Assembly: GCA_034189385.1 (NCBI GenBank) | Contig: JAXHVD010000007.1 | Location: 32,001-96,000 of the forward strand | Direction: 5' to 3' | DNA from: Thermodesulfobacteriota bacterium | Lineage (GTDB): Bacteria; Desulfobacterota; Desulfobacteria; Desulfobacterales; C00003060 | DNA length: 64,000 bases | In this document: piece by piece, positions 29,251 to 39,470 of the stretch | Numbering within the stretch: position 1 is the stretch's first letter | Layout: every line of letters starts with the position of its first letter | Position numbers and translations under genes: made by a program | The notes under the pieces: generated by a model | What the model saw: only the letters and a program-made list of their open reading frames with translations | What the model was told of the DNA's origin: nothing | Databases searched by the model: none

Positions 29251-29358
29251 GAGACTGTCGAAAAACCCCAAAACCGTCATTTTGAGACCTGTAAACGATT
29301 GATATTATTACATGCCAATTTCGTCGAAAGGCAGTAATTCGACTTTTTCGACAGTCTC
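29251..29358. mobile_element. 108-bp MITE with 15-bp perfect terminal inverted repeats and 3-bp flanking direct repeat
   Basis: GAGACTGTCGAAAAA (29251-29265) and TTTTTCGACAGTCTC (29344-29358); AGC on both flanks; no ORF inside. Confidence 0.85.
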
Positions 29359-29534
29359 AGCAATAGTTCAAATGATGCTCCTGTTTCCTGGTGTTCCACG
29401 CTTGGCCGCTGTGTTGTTCGGTTCTAATTCTTGGCCTGAACTGCCAATAGCAGGGAATTTACCATCGTGAGTTGGCTGGAGTAATCCCAGGCCAGTTGGC
29501 CTTTTCCAGAATCAACCCATCTTAGGGCTAAGAG

Positions 29535-32500
29535 ATGAAATGCTCACACTGCCAATTTGAAAATCGAGAAGATGCCAAGTTCTGCAATGAGTGTGGCAGC
29601 AGACTAGAATGTACCTGCTTGGAATGCGGGAAGGTCAATCCCCATGGGAGCAAATTCTGCGATGAATGCGGCTGTGGTCTAGCGGAAGTGTCGGAAACGC
29701 CAGAGGCAGTTCCTGCTTTTGAAGGAGAGCGCAAGCATATCACAGTGCTCTTCTCTGATCTCTCCGGCTATACCGCCCTGACCGAGAGGCTGGATCCAGA
29801 AGAAGTAAAGGCGATCATGAGCCGCATCTTCGGCGAGATTGCCCAAATAGTGACCAAGTACGAGGGGTTCATTGAGAGATTTTTCGGCGATGAGGTCATG
29901 GCCCTATTTGGTGTGCCTGAAGTTCACGAAGATGATCCTGTGAGGGCCATAAGGGCGGCCGTAGAGATACAACATGTTATGGAGGAGATGAGTCCTGAGT
30001 ACGAAGCAAGAGTGGGGTGCCACCTGGCCATGCATATAGGAATTAGTACCGGACTTGTGATCACTGGTGATGAGTACATTGGAAAAGGCAGACACGGGTT
30101 AACTGGAGACACCGTGAACCTTGGCGCCCGCCTGGCCAAATTGGCACCGCCTGGCGAGATCTTGGTGGGTCTGGACACCTATCGGCAGGCAGAGGGGTAT
30201 TTCACTTTTGAAAGTATGGAACCCACCCAGGTGAAAGGCAAGGAGCAAGCGGTCTGCATCTACAAGGTCCTGTCACCGAAAGAACAGCCCACAAAGGTTC
30301 ACCGCACCCACGGTGTGAGGGCTGACCTGATCGGCAGGAAGATGGAGATGGCCCAGCTTGGCGAAGCGGTGGAAAGGCTCCGTGAGGGAGAAAGCACGGT
30401 TATTTCTATCTCTGGTAGTGCGGGCACAGGAAAGAGCAGGCTGGTCGAGGAGTTTAAGGCCACGTTGGATCTTGAAGAGATTCAGTGGCGAGAGGCACAC
30501 GCCTATTCCTATGCCCAGAACATTCCCTATTATCCCCTGGTCGATATGCTGAATCGGGCCTGGCAGATTGACGAGGGTGATCCTCCTGAGACAGTCAAGG
30601 GCAAGCTGGAATCAAGTATAGAGTATCTGATTGGAGAGAAAGAAGATGTTATTCCATACGTAGGGAGCCTTTATTCCCTCAGCTACCCGGAAATAGAAGG
30701 CGTGAGTCCTGAGTTCTGGAAAACGCGGCTCCATCAGGCCATCCAGGAGATTCTATCAGCCTTGGCTCAAAGGGCGCCAACAATCATATGCCTGGAAGAC
30801 CTTCACTGGGCAGACCCTTCCTCTTTGGACCTCCTCCGGTTTGTTTTCTCGGAGTTCAGGCATCCTGCCCTATTTCTTCTTGTGTACAGGCCCTATTTCA
30901 GCCTCTATACCAGCCATCAGATAAGCGCTCTGGACAAATCATACCAGGAGATTCGCCTCCAGGATCTCTCTGCCTCAGAAGCCCAGAACATGACAGAGTC
31001 TCTTCTGAAGACCAACACTATTCCCTCCGACCTGCAGCGGTTCATTCTGGAGAAGGTGGAGGGCAATCCCTTTTATCTGGAAGAGGTCATCAATGCCTTA
31101 ATCGAATCCGGCACACTGATCCGCGACAACGATAATTGGAGACTTGCCAGATCGATGGGTGAGTCCGGCATATCGCCAACCATCCATGGGGTGATTTCCG
31201 GCAGGCTGGATCGCCTGGAGAAGGAGACCAAGCGGATTCTCCAGGAGGCCTCAGTTGTGGGGAGGGCTTTTCTCTATGAGATACTCAAAAGAGTTACAGA
31301 GCTGAAAGGGCAGATCGACCGATGTCTCAACGGGCTGGAACGGCTCGACCTTATCCGGACAAGGTCTCTTCAGCCGGAACTGGAGTATGTCTTCAAACAT
31401 GCCCTGACACAGGAGGTAGTCTATAACGGGCTTCTCAAGAAAGAACGCAGGGCAATCCACGAGCGCATCGGCCGCGTCATGGAGCGATTGTTTCAGGACA
31501 GGCTTTCGGAGTTCCATGAGGCGTTGGCCTTTCACTTCAAGCTGGGTCTCTCCGTCCTCAAGGCCGTTGACTATCTCGTGAAGTCGGGTGAGAAGGCCCT
31601 GAGAAGATACGCTGTTGAAGAATCTCATCAATACTTCAAAGAGGCCTTTGAACTTCTCGCGAAGAAGACCGACAAAACAAAAGAAGAAGAAGGCCTCCTC
31701 ATCGATGTCCTTAACCAGTGGGCTTATGTCTTTCACCATCGCGGAGATTTCAGGGGTCTGGCTGAGATACTGAGCGTTCATGAGGGTTTGGCTGAGTCTC
31801 TGGACGACAAGACAAGGCTTGGGATGTTCTATGTGTGGAAGGGCGTCGCCCTGTTCTGTCGAGAAAGGCATAAGGAAGGATATGAGTACCTGCGCAAGGC
31901 TCTCAAACTGGGAGAAGCCATCAAAAATCAGAAGGTTGTGGGCTATGCCTGCAGCTGGCTTACATATACCTGTGCGGAATTGTCTCTCATAGAGGAAGGC
32001 AAAGCCTTTGGAGAGAGGGCCCAGGAGATAGCCGGGGCTCTGCCTTCAGATCAATACCTCTATTTCAATTCCGTTGGCGGCCTGGGATACGTCCACTTTC
32101 ACAGAGGAGAGGGGAAAAAGGCCTTTGAAAGAGCACAGGACCTTCTGGACTATGGCCAGAAACACTCTAATACTCGAAGTCTGGTCCTTGGTCACTGGAT
32201 CATGGGGTTTGGTTATGTGCTGGATGGTGATTTTCAATCGTGCATCGAATGCTGTAAGAGGGCAATCCAAGTTTCACAAGACCCGTGGTATTCTCAGCTT
32301 CCTAGAATCCTGCTCGGCGCCATTTATGTCTACTACGGTAAGTTTGAGGAGGCAGAGGAGGTTCTGAAGGTGGTTCTGACTTACAGCCAGAAGTACGGCG
32401 GCGAGGCAGTGGGAACACCGGCAAATACGTATCTTGGCGCAGCTTTGATTGGTAAAGGCTATATGGGACAGGGATTAGAAATGATTGAAGAGGCACAACG

Positions 32501-32882
32501 ATTGTATCTGGGAAATGAGAGGAAGGGCTACTATGCGCTGTCCGAGTATATCCTTGGAAGGCTGTATTTGCAGATCGTTGAAGGAGGCCCTCGGATTGGC
32601 CTTTCAACAGTGGCGAAAAACATCGGCTTTCTGATGAAAAACGTCCCCTTTGCCGGCAAGAAGGCGGAATCTCATTTCAACAAGGCCATTGAGGCTGCAA
32701 AAGAGATCGGGGCCAAAGGGACCATGGGTCCAGCCTATCTCGATTTGGGGCGCTTGCACAGGGCCAAAGATAGAAGGGAGCAAGCCAGAGAATGTATTTC
32801 CACGTCAATTGCGTTGTTTGAGGAATGCGAGGCGGAGGGATACCTTAAACAGGCAAGAGAGGCCCTGGCGTCTTTGGGATAG
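29535..32882 (+). CDS. Class III adenylate/guanylate cyclase with double zinc ribbon, P-loop (STAND-like) NTPase and TPR repeats
   Basis: Four CxxC motifs; TVLFSDLSGYT, FFGDEVMALFG, GDTVNLGARL; Walker A GSAGTGKS; Walker B ICLEDLHWAD; GNPFYLEE; helical C-terminus. Confidence 0.93.
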   Translation: MKCSHCQFENREDAKFCNECGSRLECTCLECGKVNPHGSKFCDECGCGLAEVSETPEAVPAFEGERKHITVLFSDLSGYTALTERLDPEEVKAIMSRIFGEIAQIVTKYEGFIERFFGDEVMALFGVPEVHEDDPVRAIRAAVEIQHVMEEMSPEYEARVGCHLAMHIGISTGLVITGDEYIGKGRHGLTGDTVNLGARLAKLAPPGEILVGLDTYRQAEGYFTFESMEPTQVKGKEQAVCIYKVLSPKEQPTKVHRTHGVRADLIGRKMEMAQLGEAVERLREGESTVISISGSAGTGKSRLVEEFKATLDLEEIQWREAHAYSYAQNIPYYPLVDMLNRAWQIDEGDPPETVKGKLESSIEYLIGEKEDVIPYVGSLYSLSYPEIEGVSPEFWKTRLHQAIQEILSALAQRAPTIICLEDLHWADPSSLDLLRFVFSEFRHPALFLLVYRPYFSLYTSHQISALDKSYQEIRLQDLSASEAQNMTESLLKTNTIPSDLQRFILEKVEGNPFYLEEVINALIESGTLIRDNDNWRLARSMGESGISPTIHGVISGRLDRLEKETKRILQEASVVGRAFLYEILKRVTELKGQIDRCLNGLERLDLIRTRSLQPELEYVFKHALTQEVVYNGLLKKERRAIHERIGRVMERLFQDRLSEFHEALAFHFKLGLSVLKAVDYLVKSGEKALRRYAVEESHQYFKEAFELLAKKTDKTKEEEGLLIDVLNQWAYVFHHRGDFRGLAEILSVHEGLAESLDDKTRLGMFYVWKGVALFCRERHKEGYEYLRKALKLGEAIKNQKVVGYACSWLTYTCAELSLIEEGKAFGERAQEIAGALPSDQYLYFNSVGGLGYVHFHRGEGKKAFERAQDLLDYGQKHSNTRSLVLGHWIMGFGYVLDGDFQSCIECCKRAIQVSQDPWYSQLPRILLGAIYVYYGKFEEAEEVLKVVLTYSQKYGGEAVGTPANTYLGAALIGKGYMGQGLEMIEEAQRLYLGNERKGYYALSEYILGRLYLQIVEGGPRIGLSTVAKNIGFLMKNVPFAGKKAESHFNKAIEAAKEIGAKGTMGPAYLDLGRLHRAKDRREQARECISTSIALFEECEAEGYLKQAREALASLG

Positions 32883-32898
32883 ACAATCACTGGTCACA

Positions 32899-33041
32899 TT
32901 GAACCGCATAAGCGAGCGCATTCCCCGTAGGTTCTGCCTGACGACAGTGCTGCGCGGGCTGCGGGGTTAGCGAGCGTATATCTAAAAAGTTGTCATCCTT
33001 ACGGTGAAGATTCCCCGCGGCTTGCCGCGGGGAGGCTTCAA
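32899..33041. repeat. Dispersed REP/MITE-like palindromic element, copy 1
   Basis: TTGAACCG.ATAAGCGAG..TTAGCGAGCGTATA..CCTTACGGTGAA.ATTCCCCG..GGGGAG..TTCAA shared with 53617-53783; hairpin CCCCGCGGCTTGCCGCGGGG. Confidence 0.85.
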
Positions 33042-33251
33042 TATCCCGGGGGCTTGCTTGAGGAAGCTGAAATGTCCGAGTTTTGGATTCAAAAATTCAC
33101 ATGGCCGTTGAGAAGCACAATGAGTTTGTTGATGGGGGGGTAATGGTCGTCGTACTCTTGTAGCTGGCAGCGGTGGAGCTAAGAAGTGTTTTGACTTCGT
33201 TCGCGTCGGATGGGTTGCACATGATGCAGACTGTTCGGAAAGGAGTGGAAA

Positions 33252-34532
33252 ATGAGAGACGGGCTTTTGAAGCGGATTGGGTTGGGTTTGGGTCTGTGTT
33301 TTGGTTTGCTCTTAAGCGTAACAGCTGCTCCGTCAAGCGCGAGGGCTTCTGGGTTTGCACTCCATGTCCACGGTGCAAAAGGGATGGGCATGACGACGAA
33401 TGTGATTGCCCACACTGAAGGTCCTGCTTCCAACCACCATAATCCTGCCCTTCTTACCGAGCTCGAAGGAACCCACATAGAAGCAGGCACCAGCCCCATA
33501 TTTCTATCAAGGGAGTTTAAGAGCGCAGAGACTGGGAAGACGGAGAAGACAGGAACCGAGGTGTTCTATCCAAGCACAATATTCGTAACACACCAGCTGC
33601 ATGACAGGCTCACAGCAGGGTTGGGGATAGTCAGTCCATTTGGCCTTGAAACCGACTGGGGAAAGAAGTGGGAAGGAAGATATCTTATAACCAGCGTGGA
33701 GTTGAAGTCATTTAACATAAACCCCAACATTGCATGGAAGATTACGGACAAGTTGTCCGTTGCTGGCGGCGTTAATCTTCTTCTCCTTGATGCCACGTTG
33801 GAAAACAACGTAAACTTGTCAACCTTTGGACTTCCAGATGGAGAACAGAAATTTGACGGAGATGGGCATGACGTTGGCTTTAATATGGGCCTCCTATATC
33901 ATCTGAATCAAGATTGGTCATTTGGTGCTTCTTATCGTAGTCCATTCACAGTGGATGTTGATGGCGATGCAGAGCACACGCTTCCGGCAGGCAGCCCCCC
34001 AGAATTAGGGATGGTTTTCCCCAATACTGATGGGAGCACTGACATTGAGCTCCCCCGACAGGTGTTCGTGGGATTGTGTTATAGGGGAGTAGAGAAACTC
34101 ACCGTGGAATGTGGTATCAGATGGGAAGGGTGGTCATCTTTTGACGAACTGGCATTTGAGTTTGATGAGCCCATTGCAGGAAGCGAGACACTGGTAGTTG
34201 AGAAGGACTGGGAAGACGTGGTTTCCTACAGTATTGGGGCCAAATATGACATAGACGATACGTTTGCTATCCTCGGAGGCTTTCGGTTTGATGAGAACCC
34301 CATACCGGATGACACATTCGAACCAATGGTGCCGGAAGCTGATAAATATGACTTCACCATAGGCTGCATAAAGACATTTGGTGATTTAGCAATAGCTGTG
34401 AGTTACGCCTATGAGAAATATGAGTCCAGAGACAAAGAGAATCAAGTGGGCGCCACACTGGGAGGAACAGCTAACGGAGAGTACAACACAGATGCACAGG
34501 CAGTTGCAGTATCTGTGAGCTATGTATTCTAA
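33252..34532 (+). CDS. FadL/OmpP1/TodX-family outer-membrane channel
   Basis: Signal peptide, then SGF..; HHNPALL (NPA motif); GLGIVSPFGL.TDW; NINPNIAWK; C-terminal YVF. Confidence 0.92.
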   Translation: MRDGLLKRIGLGLGLCFGLLLSVTAAPSSARASGFALHVHGAKGMGMTTNVIAHTEGPASNHHNPALLTELEGTHIEAGTSPIFLSREFKSAETGKTEKTGTEVFYPSTIFVTHQLHDRLTAGLGIVSPFGLETDWGKKWEGRYLITSVELKSFNINPNIAWKITDKLSVAGGVNLLLLDATLENNVNLSTFGLPDGEQKFDGDGHDVGFNMGLLYHLNQDWSFGASYRSPFTVDVDGDAEHTLPAGSPPELGMVFPNTDGSTDIELPRQVFVGLCYRGVEKLTVECGIRWEGWSSFDELAFEFDEPIAGSETLVVEKDWEDVVSYSIGAKYDIDDTFAILGGFRFDENPIPDDTFEPMVPEADKYDFTIGCIKTFGDLAIAVSYAYEKYESRDKENQVGATLGGTANGEYNTDAQAVAVSVSYVF

Positions 34533-34686
34533 TTTCTTGTTGGCAGGGCACCTGAATTGGCCTGCCAATTCGCATAGCTGGTTACAGTGTCCTCGCCGAA
34601 GAGCTTAAAGATGTGTAGCTAGGGGATTCGTTCAAGGAATCAGGGCTACCTTCGGACCACGTGATTGATTGAAGCAAGGAACTGAG

Positions 34687-35511
34687 ATGAAAGTCACTTT
34701 CTATGGCACGAGGGGATCTATTCCGGTAGCTGAACCGGATTTTGCGGAATTTGGCGGCAATACGGCCTGTGTCTTAATGACCTTCAGCACCGGGAGAATC
34801 GGCATACTGGATGCCGGCACCGGGATTAGAAAACTGGGAAACGACCTCTTGGCCGCATCTCACGAACAGTTCGATGACATCATGATCGGACTCTCCCATA
34901 CCCATTGGGACCACATACAGGGCTTTCCCTTTTTCAAGTTTGCCAGGGACCCGAGATGCCACGTCACCCTGGCCATCTGTGGAAGAGATACGAGTTTTAC
35001 GGACCTGGAGAGTGTTTTCAAGACACAGCTCCAGGACTATTTCTTTCCCGTGCCCCTGGATAAGCTCGGGGCCAAGTTAACCTTTTGGGAACCGGACCTC
35101 ACCGAATATACCCACCCCAGGGGGGTGGACATTGTGGCCTCCAAGCACAATCACCCAGGAGGGGCCTATGGGTATCGTATTACAGAGGGGGGCAAAACCC
35201 TGGTCTATTGTACAGATGTGGAACATGGGGATGAGATAGATCCTAAGGTGGTAGCCCTGGCAAGAGACGCGGATCTCCTCATTCACGACGCCCAGTACAC
35301 CCCGGAGGAACTGAAGGACAAGAAGGGGTGGGGACACAGCAGTTGGGAGCAGGCCGTGGAAGTGGCTGAACAGGCAGGGGCGAAAAAGCTGGCCCTCTTC
35401 CATCATGATCCGGATCACTCAGACAGCTTTCTCTTGAATGTGGAAAAGGAGGTTCAGAAAAGGTTGCCCACAGCCTTTCTTGCAAGGGAGGGGATGGAGG
35501 TCGAATTATAG
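34687..35511 (+). CDS. MBL-fold metallo-hydrolase (RNase Z/phosphodiesterase-like)
   Basis: GTRGS, GGNTAC, DAGTG, SHTHWDHIQGFPFF, NHPG, TDVEH, HDAQY, GWGHS, LFHHDP. Confidence 0.92.
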   Translation: MKVTFYGTRGSIPVAEPDFAEFGGNTACVLMTFSTGRIGILDAGTGIRKLGNDLLAASHEQFDDIMIGLSHTHWDHIQGFPFFKFARDPRCHVTLAICGRDTSFTDLESVFKTQLQDYFFPVPLDKLGAKLTFWEPDLTEYTHPRGVDIVASKHNHPGGAYGYRITEGGKTLVYCTDVEHGDEIDPKVVALARDADLLIHDAQYTPEELKDKKGWGHSSWEQAVEVAEQAGAKKLALFHHDPDHSDSFLLNVEKEVQKRLPTAFLAREGMEVEL

Positions 35512-36186
35512 GCTCTTCTCAATTGTCTGGCTAGCCACCTCATTGAATTGGTTGGGAGCCGATCCTATTTAGATATTCTCTGCAGATCACACCCGCAGTA
35601 TGGTTTCGGTTGATGTTCAATAATGCTATGTTATTCACTCCGCGCACTGCATGGAGCCGAGTGTCGCTCTTGCTATATGAGATAACCTTTTAAAAGGCTT
35701 ATAGTTTTCTGGTATCCTCGACAAATCTAGGATGGAAACGTCTGGTTTCTGAGCCCATCTCGTGGCAAGCATACTTGAAATAGACGCCTCGCTAGCCAGT
35801 CTCATAATATGCTGAAGTCCTTTACCTGACACCTGGTAGCTCACAGCATTGCTCCTATCCACCCGTTACCTATCGGGCTTCGTAGTTTCAATATGATAAG
35901 TACGTAGTTTTTTTATGAAAAATACCTAATTATAGAAATTGACTCTGTAGCCTGAACGTAGTAAAGATTAATATGGGAAGATGTAATGATTTCACGCAGA
36001 ACATTCTTTCTTTTCTACCTATCCTTTGACCCTGTTTAAGGGTGATCCACATGGAGCAACCGCTCAAATTGTGCCTGCTTGATTCCTGACAGGACGGTAT
36101 GTGTTCTGTTGGGAACGCAGGCCCCCATCTTTGCACACAGAATGCTGTGACCGGCCAATAACTCGCGGCACCATAAGGAGGGCAAC

Positions 36187-39100
36187 ATGGAAAGGAAGGC
36201 TCTATTAGGCATTTCTATTTTCATTTTCTTATTGTCGATCGGGTTGTTTGTTGCTTCGGACGCGGGCAGTCCTCCTGCATCAACTGACCCAGAAGTCATT
36301 GCGGCCTTCGACGAACTTGAAGAGCATATAAATGGTTTACCTGACGCAACCCTGAATGTGGGCCAGCGTACCAGCCTGGTCATGAAGCTCAACAACGCCG
36401 AAGCAGCATACGTCCGAGGCCAGCCTTGCACCGCAGCCAACATTCTTCGGGCCTATCTGAACGAGACACAAGATCTGCGCGAGGGGGAACAGGTCGCGAT
36501 TGCTGAAGAGCTGTACAACCTGGGTCGTGCGCTCTGTGCTACACTGCTCGGAAGTCTACCGGAGGCCATGATATGCCCGGGTCACGAAGGGTTCGATTCC
36601 GAAACCAGTGTGGAGGTCCAGGCCTCAGACAACCAACACTTGGCAGCCTCGGTCAGCTTTGGCGAACTGCGGACATTGAGCGTGGAGGCCGAAGGTGAGC
36701 TATATACCCAAGTGGTCATTCCAGGAATGGAATTCCGCTCCGGCATACCGGGTTTACCTGCGGTGCCTGTGGTTCATCGTCTCGTGGCCATTCCCCGGGG
36801 TGCTGAAGTCACAATTCAAGCGTCACCGCCAACGGTCTCAGAGACCATCCGCCTGAATCTATATCCCTGTCAGCGTCCAGCGCCAGCCCCAGGCCCAGAT
36901 GATGAAGTGGAGTGTGAGCCGGGTTCCTATGACTGTCCTGCCTTTGTAAAGGACGAAGAAGCCTATGCGTCGGAAGGACCATACCCCCCTGAGGTCTGCA
37001 CCGTAACGCCTGTGGGCCAGTATCGGGATTTGCAGATTGCCGTGGTTTCCATCGCAGCTGGGCAGTACTACCCATTGGCGGATACTTACGTTAGCCACGA
37101 CTCCCTTGAGTACGAACTGACCTTCCAGGGAGGCAGTGGCGCGTTTGTGACGGAAGCCTCGGAAAGCCCATTCGAGAGCCAAACGGTGGACTTTGCCAAT
37201 GTCGTTATCAACGGCGAGGAGGTCTTTGACTATGTTGAAGACCGTCCTACATTGCCTCCTGAACCATGCGATGGCGAGGAATTGCTTATTATTACGCACG
37301 AGAAGTTCCGGGCGGCAGCTGACAAGCTGGGCAAGTGGAAGAACGACAAGGGTATCGTGACCAACGTAGTTGAGGCGAACGACACCACCACAGGTGATGA
37401 GATCGATCAGTACATAGACGGGCGCTATAAGGAGTGTGTTGTAAGGCCTTCTTACGTGTTGTTGCTAGGGGATGCAGAATTTATCCCTACCTTCTATGTG
37501 GAAACCGTGTTCAGTAAGGAGGCAGCCTCAGACTATAGATATGCCATCTATTCTGACCCGACACCTGATCCGACCTTCCTGTATGATATATTTCCGGATT
37601 TCGGAGTGGGAAGGATACCTGTAGATACCCTTGAACAGGCAAATAATGTGGTAGACAAGATTATCCAGTACGAGAGCAATCCGCCTTCTTCCGCCAGTTT
37701 TTACGAAAATATCAGCCTTGCCGCTTTATTTCAGTGCTGTCAATGGCTTGCCCCTGGCTACGAAGGCTATGACAGGAAGGCTTACATAGAGACTTGTGAG
37801 TTCGTCCGGGAGGAGCTGGTCGACCAGGGATACACTGTAGAACGGCTCTATTCTAAAGTGAACTGCAATAAAACGGCGTATCAGGGCGACGAGACGCCCC
37901 GCTACTACTACCAATGGGACCCCCTTCCAGAAGACATCGGCCCCAATAGCCCTTTTGGCTGGGATGCCTCAGAGGAAGACATTGTCGACGCCTTCAACGC
38001 AGGGCGTTTCTTGATCCTTCATCGCGACCACGGCTCAGAAAAAGGCTGGGCCGAGCCGAATTTCCACAAAGATACGATCAACGATCCCAATAACGGATTG
38101 TCTAATGGGAACCTTTTGCCTGTGGTTTTTAGTATCAACTGTTCCAGTGGTTTTTTTGATAACGAGACGAATCCAGGAGAACCGCCGATAGACGGCCGAT
38201 GTTATCCGACGGCTGTGTCAGGGCAAACATGTTACAGTGGAGCCGGCACGATGACTGAAACCTATTTTGGCGAGAGACTGCTTCGAAAAGCAAACGGCGG
38301 CGCAGTCGGCTTCATTGGCGCCACCCGGGACACTCCGGACACGGGCGATGACGTCCTCACCCGAGGCCTTTTTGATGCCGTCTGGCCTAATACGGTGGCG
38401 AATTACGGTGGCACGACCTCGCTTCGGCGCTTGGGTGACATTCTAAACTATGGCAAGATGTATGTATTCTCTGAGGTTGGGGTCACACAGATGATGGGAA
38501 AGCCACTCTACCCACTCGACATTTCTGCGATATTCTCCCTTTTTCACGTCCTAGGTGATCCTAGTCTGGAGATGTGGACTCGGAAAGCCCTACTCATTTT
38601 GTCGGCAGATTACACTCTAGACATCCTCGAGCATTCATTGCTGGTCAAGTACTCGGTTGATGGGGCCCAGGTCACTGCGCTACAGAAGACCGATAACGGC
38701 ATGGTCCCCATTGGACGAGCAACCGTCAAGAATGGCGAGGCGACCCTAACGTATGTGTTAGAACCGGAAGAGGATCTTCCCATTCTGTTGTCTGTGAGCA
38801 TGGAGAATGAAGTCAGCCGACTGTTGACGCCCGAACCCATCGACCTTCTAGACGAGAGCAGCTTTAGCGAAAGCGCCAAGCGCATTACCTTTGAGGAGTA
38901 TTTTGCGGGGGAGCCAATTGACTTCCAGTATTTAGACTTGGGTGTCTGGTTCTATAAAGATGAGATGATTGTCAGCATTCCGACCATCGCTGATGCTGCA
39001 ATGCGCGACGGGGCCAGCACAAAAAGCGGAGAATATTCGCTCCTCCATCAGCAAGAATCACCTGGATTACCCTTGACCATGTTCTTCAGTTCGCCGGTAC

Positions 39101-39348
39101 AGCGGGTAGGCATGTACATTGGCAATGCCTGGGACTGTATAGCAGATGTGCCGATGTCGACGGAAGCCACGCTCAGGGTTTATGATGGTGAGGGCCTTTT
39201 CATTGCCAGTGTCACGCGAGAAGGGTTCTGCCTCGATGTCGACACCTTTATGGGTATTGATGTAGGAGCTCAAAGGATATCTCACGTGGACGTTGATTAT
39301 GGTGATACCGCTTCGGGCGAGATGATAGATGACCTCCTTTTCGAGTAG
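36187..39348 (+). CDS. Secreted C25 (gingipain-family) cysteine peptidase with FIMAH-like N-terminal domain, propeptide and C-terminal beta-sandwich
   Basis: Signal peptide; PGLPAVP..LVAIP propeptide; LLIIT..W..KG; YVLLLGD; ASDYRY; VGRIP; catalytic HRDHG and SINCSSG; GGAVGFIGATR; LGDPSL. Confidence 0.9.
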   Translation: MERKALLGISIFIFLLSIGLFVASDAGSPPASTDPEVIAAFDELEEHINGLPDATLNVGQRTSLVMKLNNAEAAYVRGQPCTAANILRAYLNETQDLREGEQVAIAEELYNLGRALCATLLGSLPEAMICPGHEGFDSETSVEVQASDNQHLAASVSFGELRTLSVEAEGELYTQVVIPGMEFRSGIPGLPAVPVVHRLVAIPRGAEVTIQASPPTVSETIRLNLYPCQRPAPAPGPDDEVECEPGSYDCPAFVKDEEAYASEGPYPPEVCTVTPVGQYRDLQIAVVSIAAGQYYPLADTYVSHDSLEYELTFQGGSGAFVTEASESPFESQTVDFANVVINGEEVFDYVEDRPTLPPEPCDGEELLIITHEKFRAAADKLGKWKNDKGIVTNVVEANDTTTGDEIDQYIDGRYKECVVRPSYVLLLGDAEFIPTFYVETVFSKEAASDYRYAIYSDPTPDPTFLYDIFPDFGVGRIPVDTLEQANNVVDKIIQYESNPPSSASFYENISLAALFQCCQWLAPGYEGYDRKAYIETCEFVREELVDQGYTVERLYSKVNCNKTAYQGDETPRYYYQWDPLPEDIGPNSPFGWDASEEDIVDAFNAGRFLILHRDHGSEKGWAEPNFHKDTINDPNNGLSNGNLLPVVFSINCSSGFFDNETNPGEPPIDGRCYPTAVSGQTCYSGAGTMTETYFGERLLRKANGGAVGFIGATRDTPDTGDDVLTRGLFDAVWPNTVANYGGTTSLRRLGDILNYGKMYVFSEVGVTQMMGKPLYPLDISAIFSLFHVLGDPSLEMWTRKALLILSADYTLDILEHSLLVKYSVDGAQVTALQKTDNGMVPIGRATVKNGEATLTYVLEPEEDLPILLSVSMENEVSRLLTPEPIDLLDESSFSESAKRITFEEYFAGEPIDFQYLDLGVWFYKDEMIVSIPTIADAAMRDGASTKSGEYSLLHQQESPGLPLTMFFSSPVQRVGMYIGNAWDCIADVPMSTEATLRVYDGEGLFIASVTREGFCLDVDTFMGIDVGAQRISHVDVDYGDTASGEMIDDLLFE

Positions 39349-39470
39349 AAGGGAATGGAAACAGGAGGAGAATAGATGTTGGCGACCTGTAAAGGACACG
39401 CAGGAAAAGAAACTGCCAGGTTCAATGATTCGCGCAGTGAATTTCCTGTTGTTCAAAGGAGGGCGGAAAG

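Noticed and set aside
29535..35511. Pycsar/CBASS-type defence system
   Set aside because: The cyclase has the common zinc ribbon-NTPase-TPR architecture and no adjacent TIR or membrane effector.
35512..36186. Short ORFs in the spacer before the C25 gene
   Set aside because: No motifs or convincing RBS; likely promoter region or decayed DNA.
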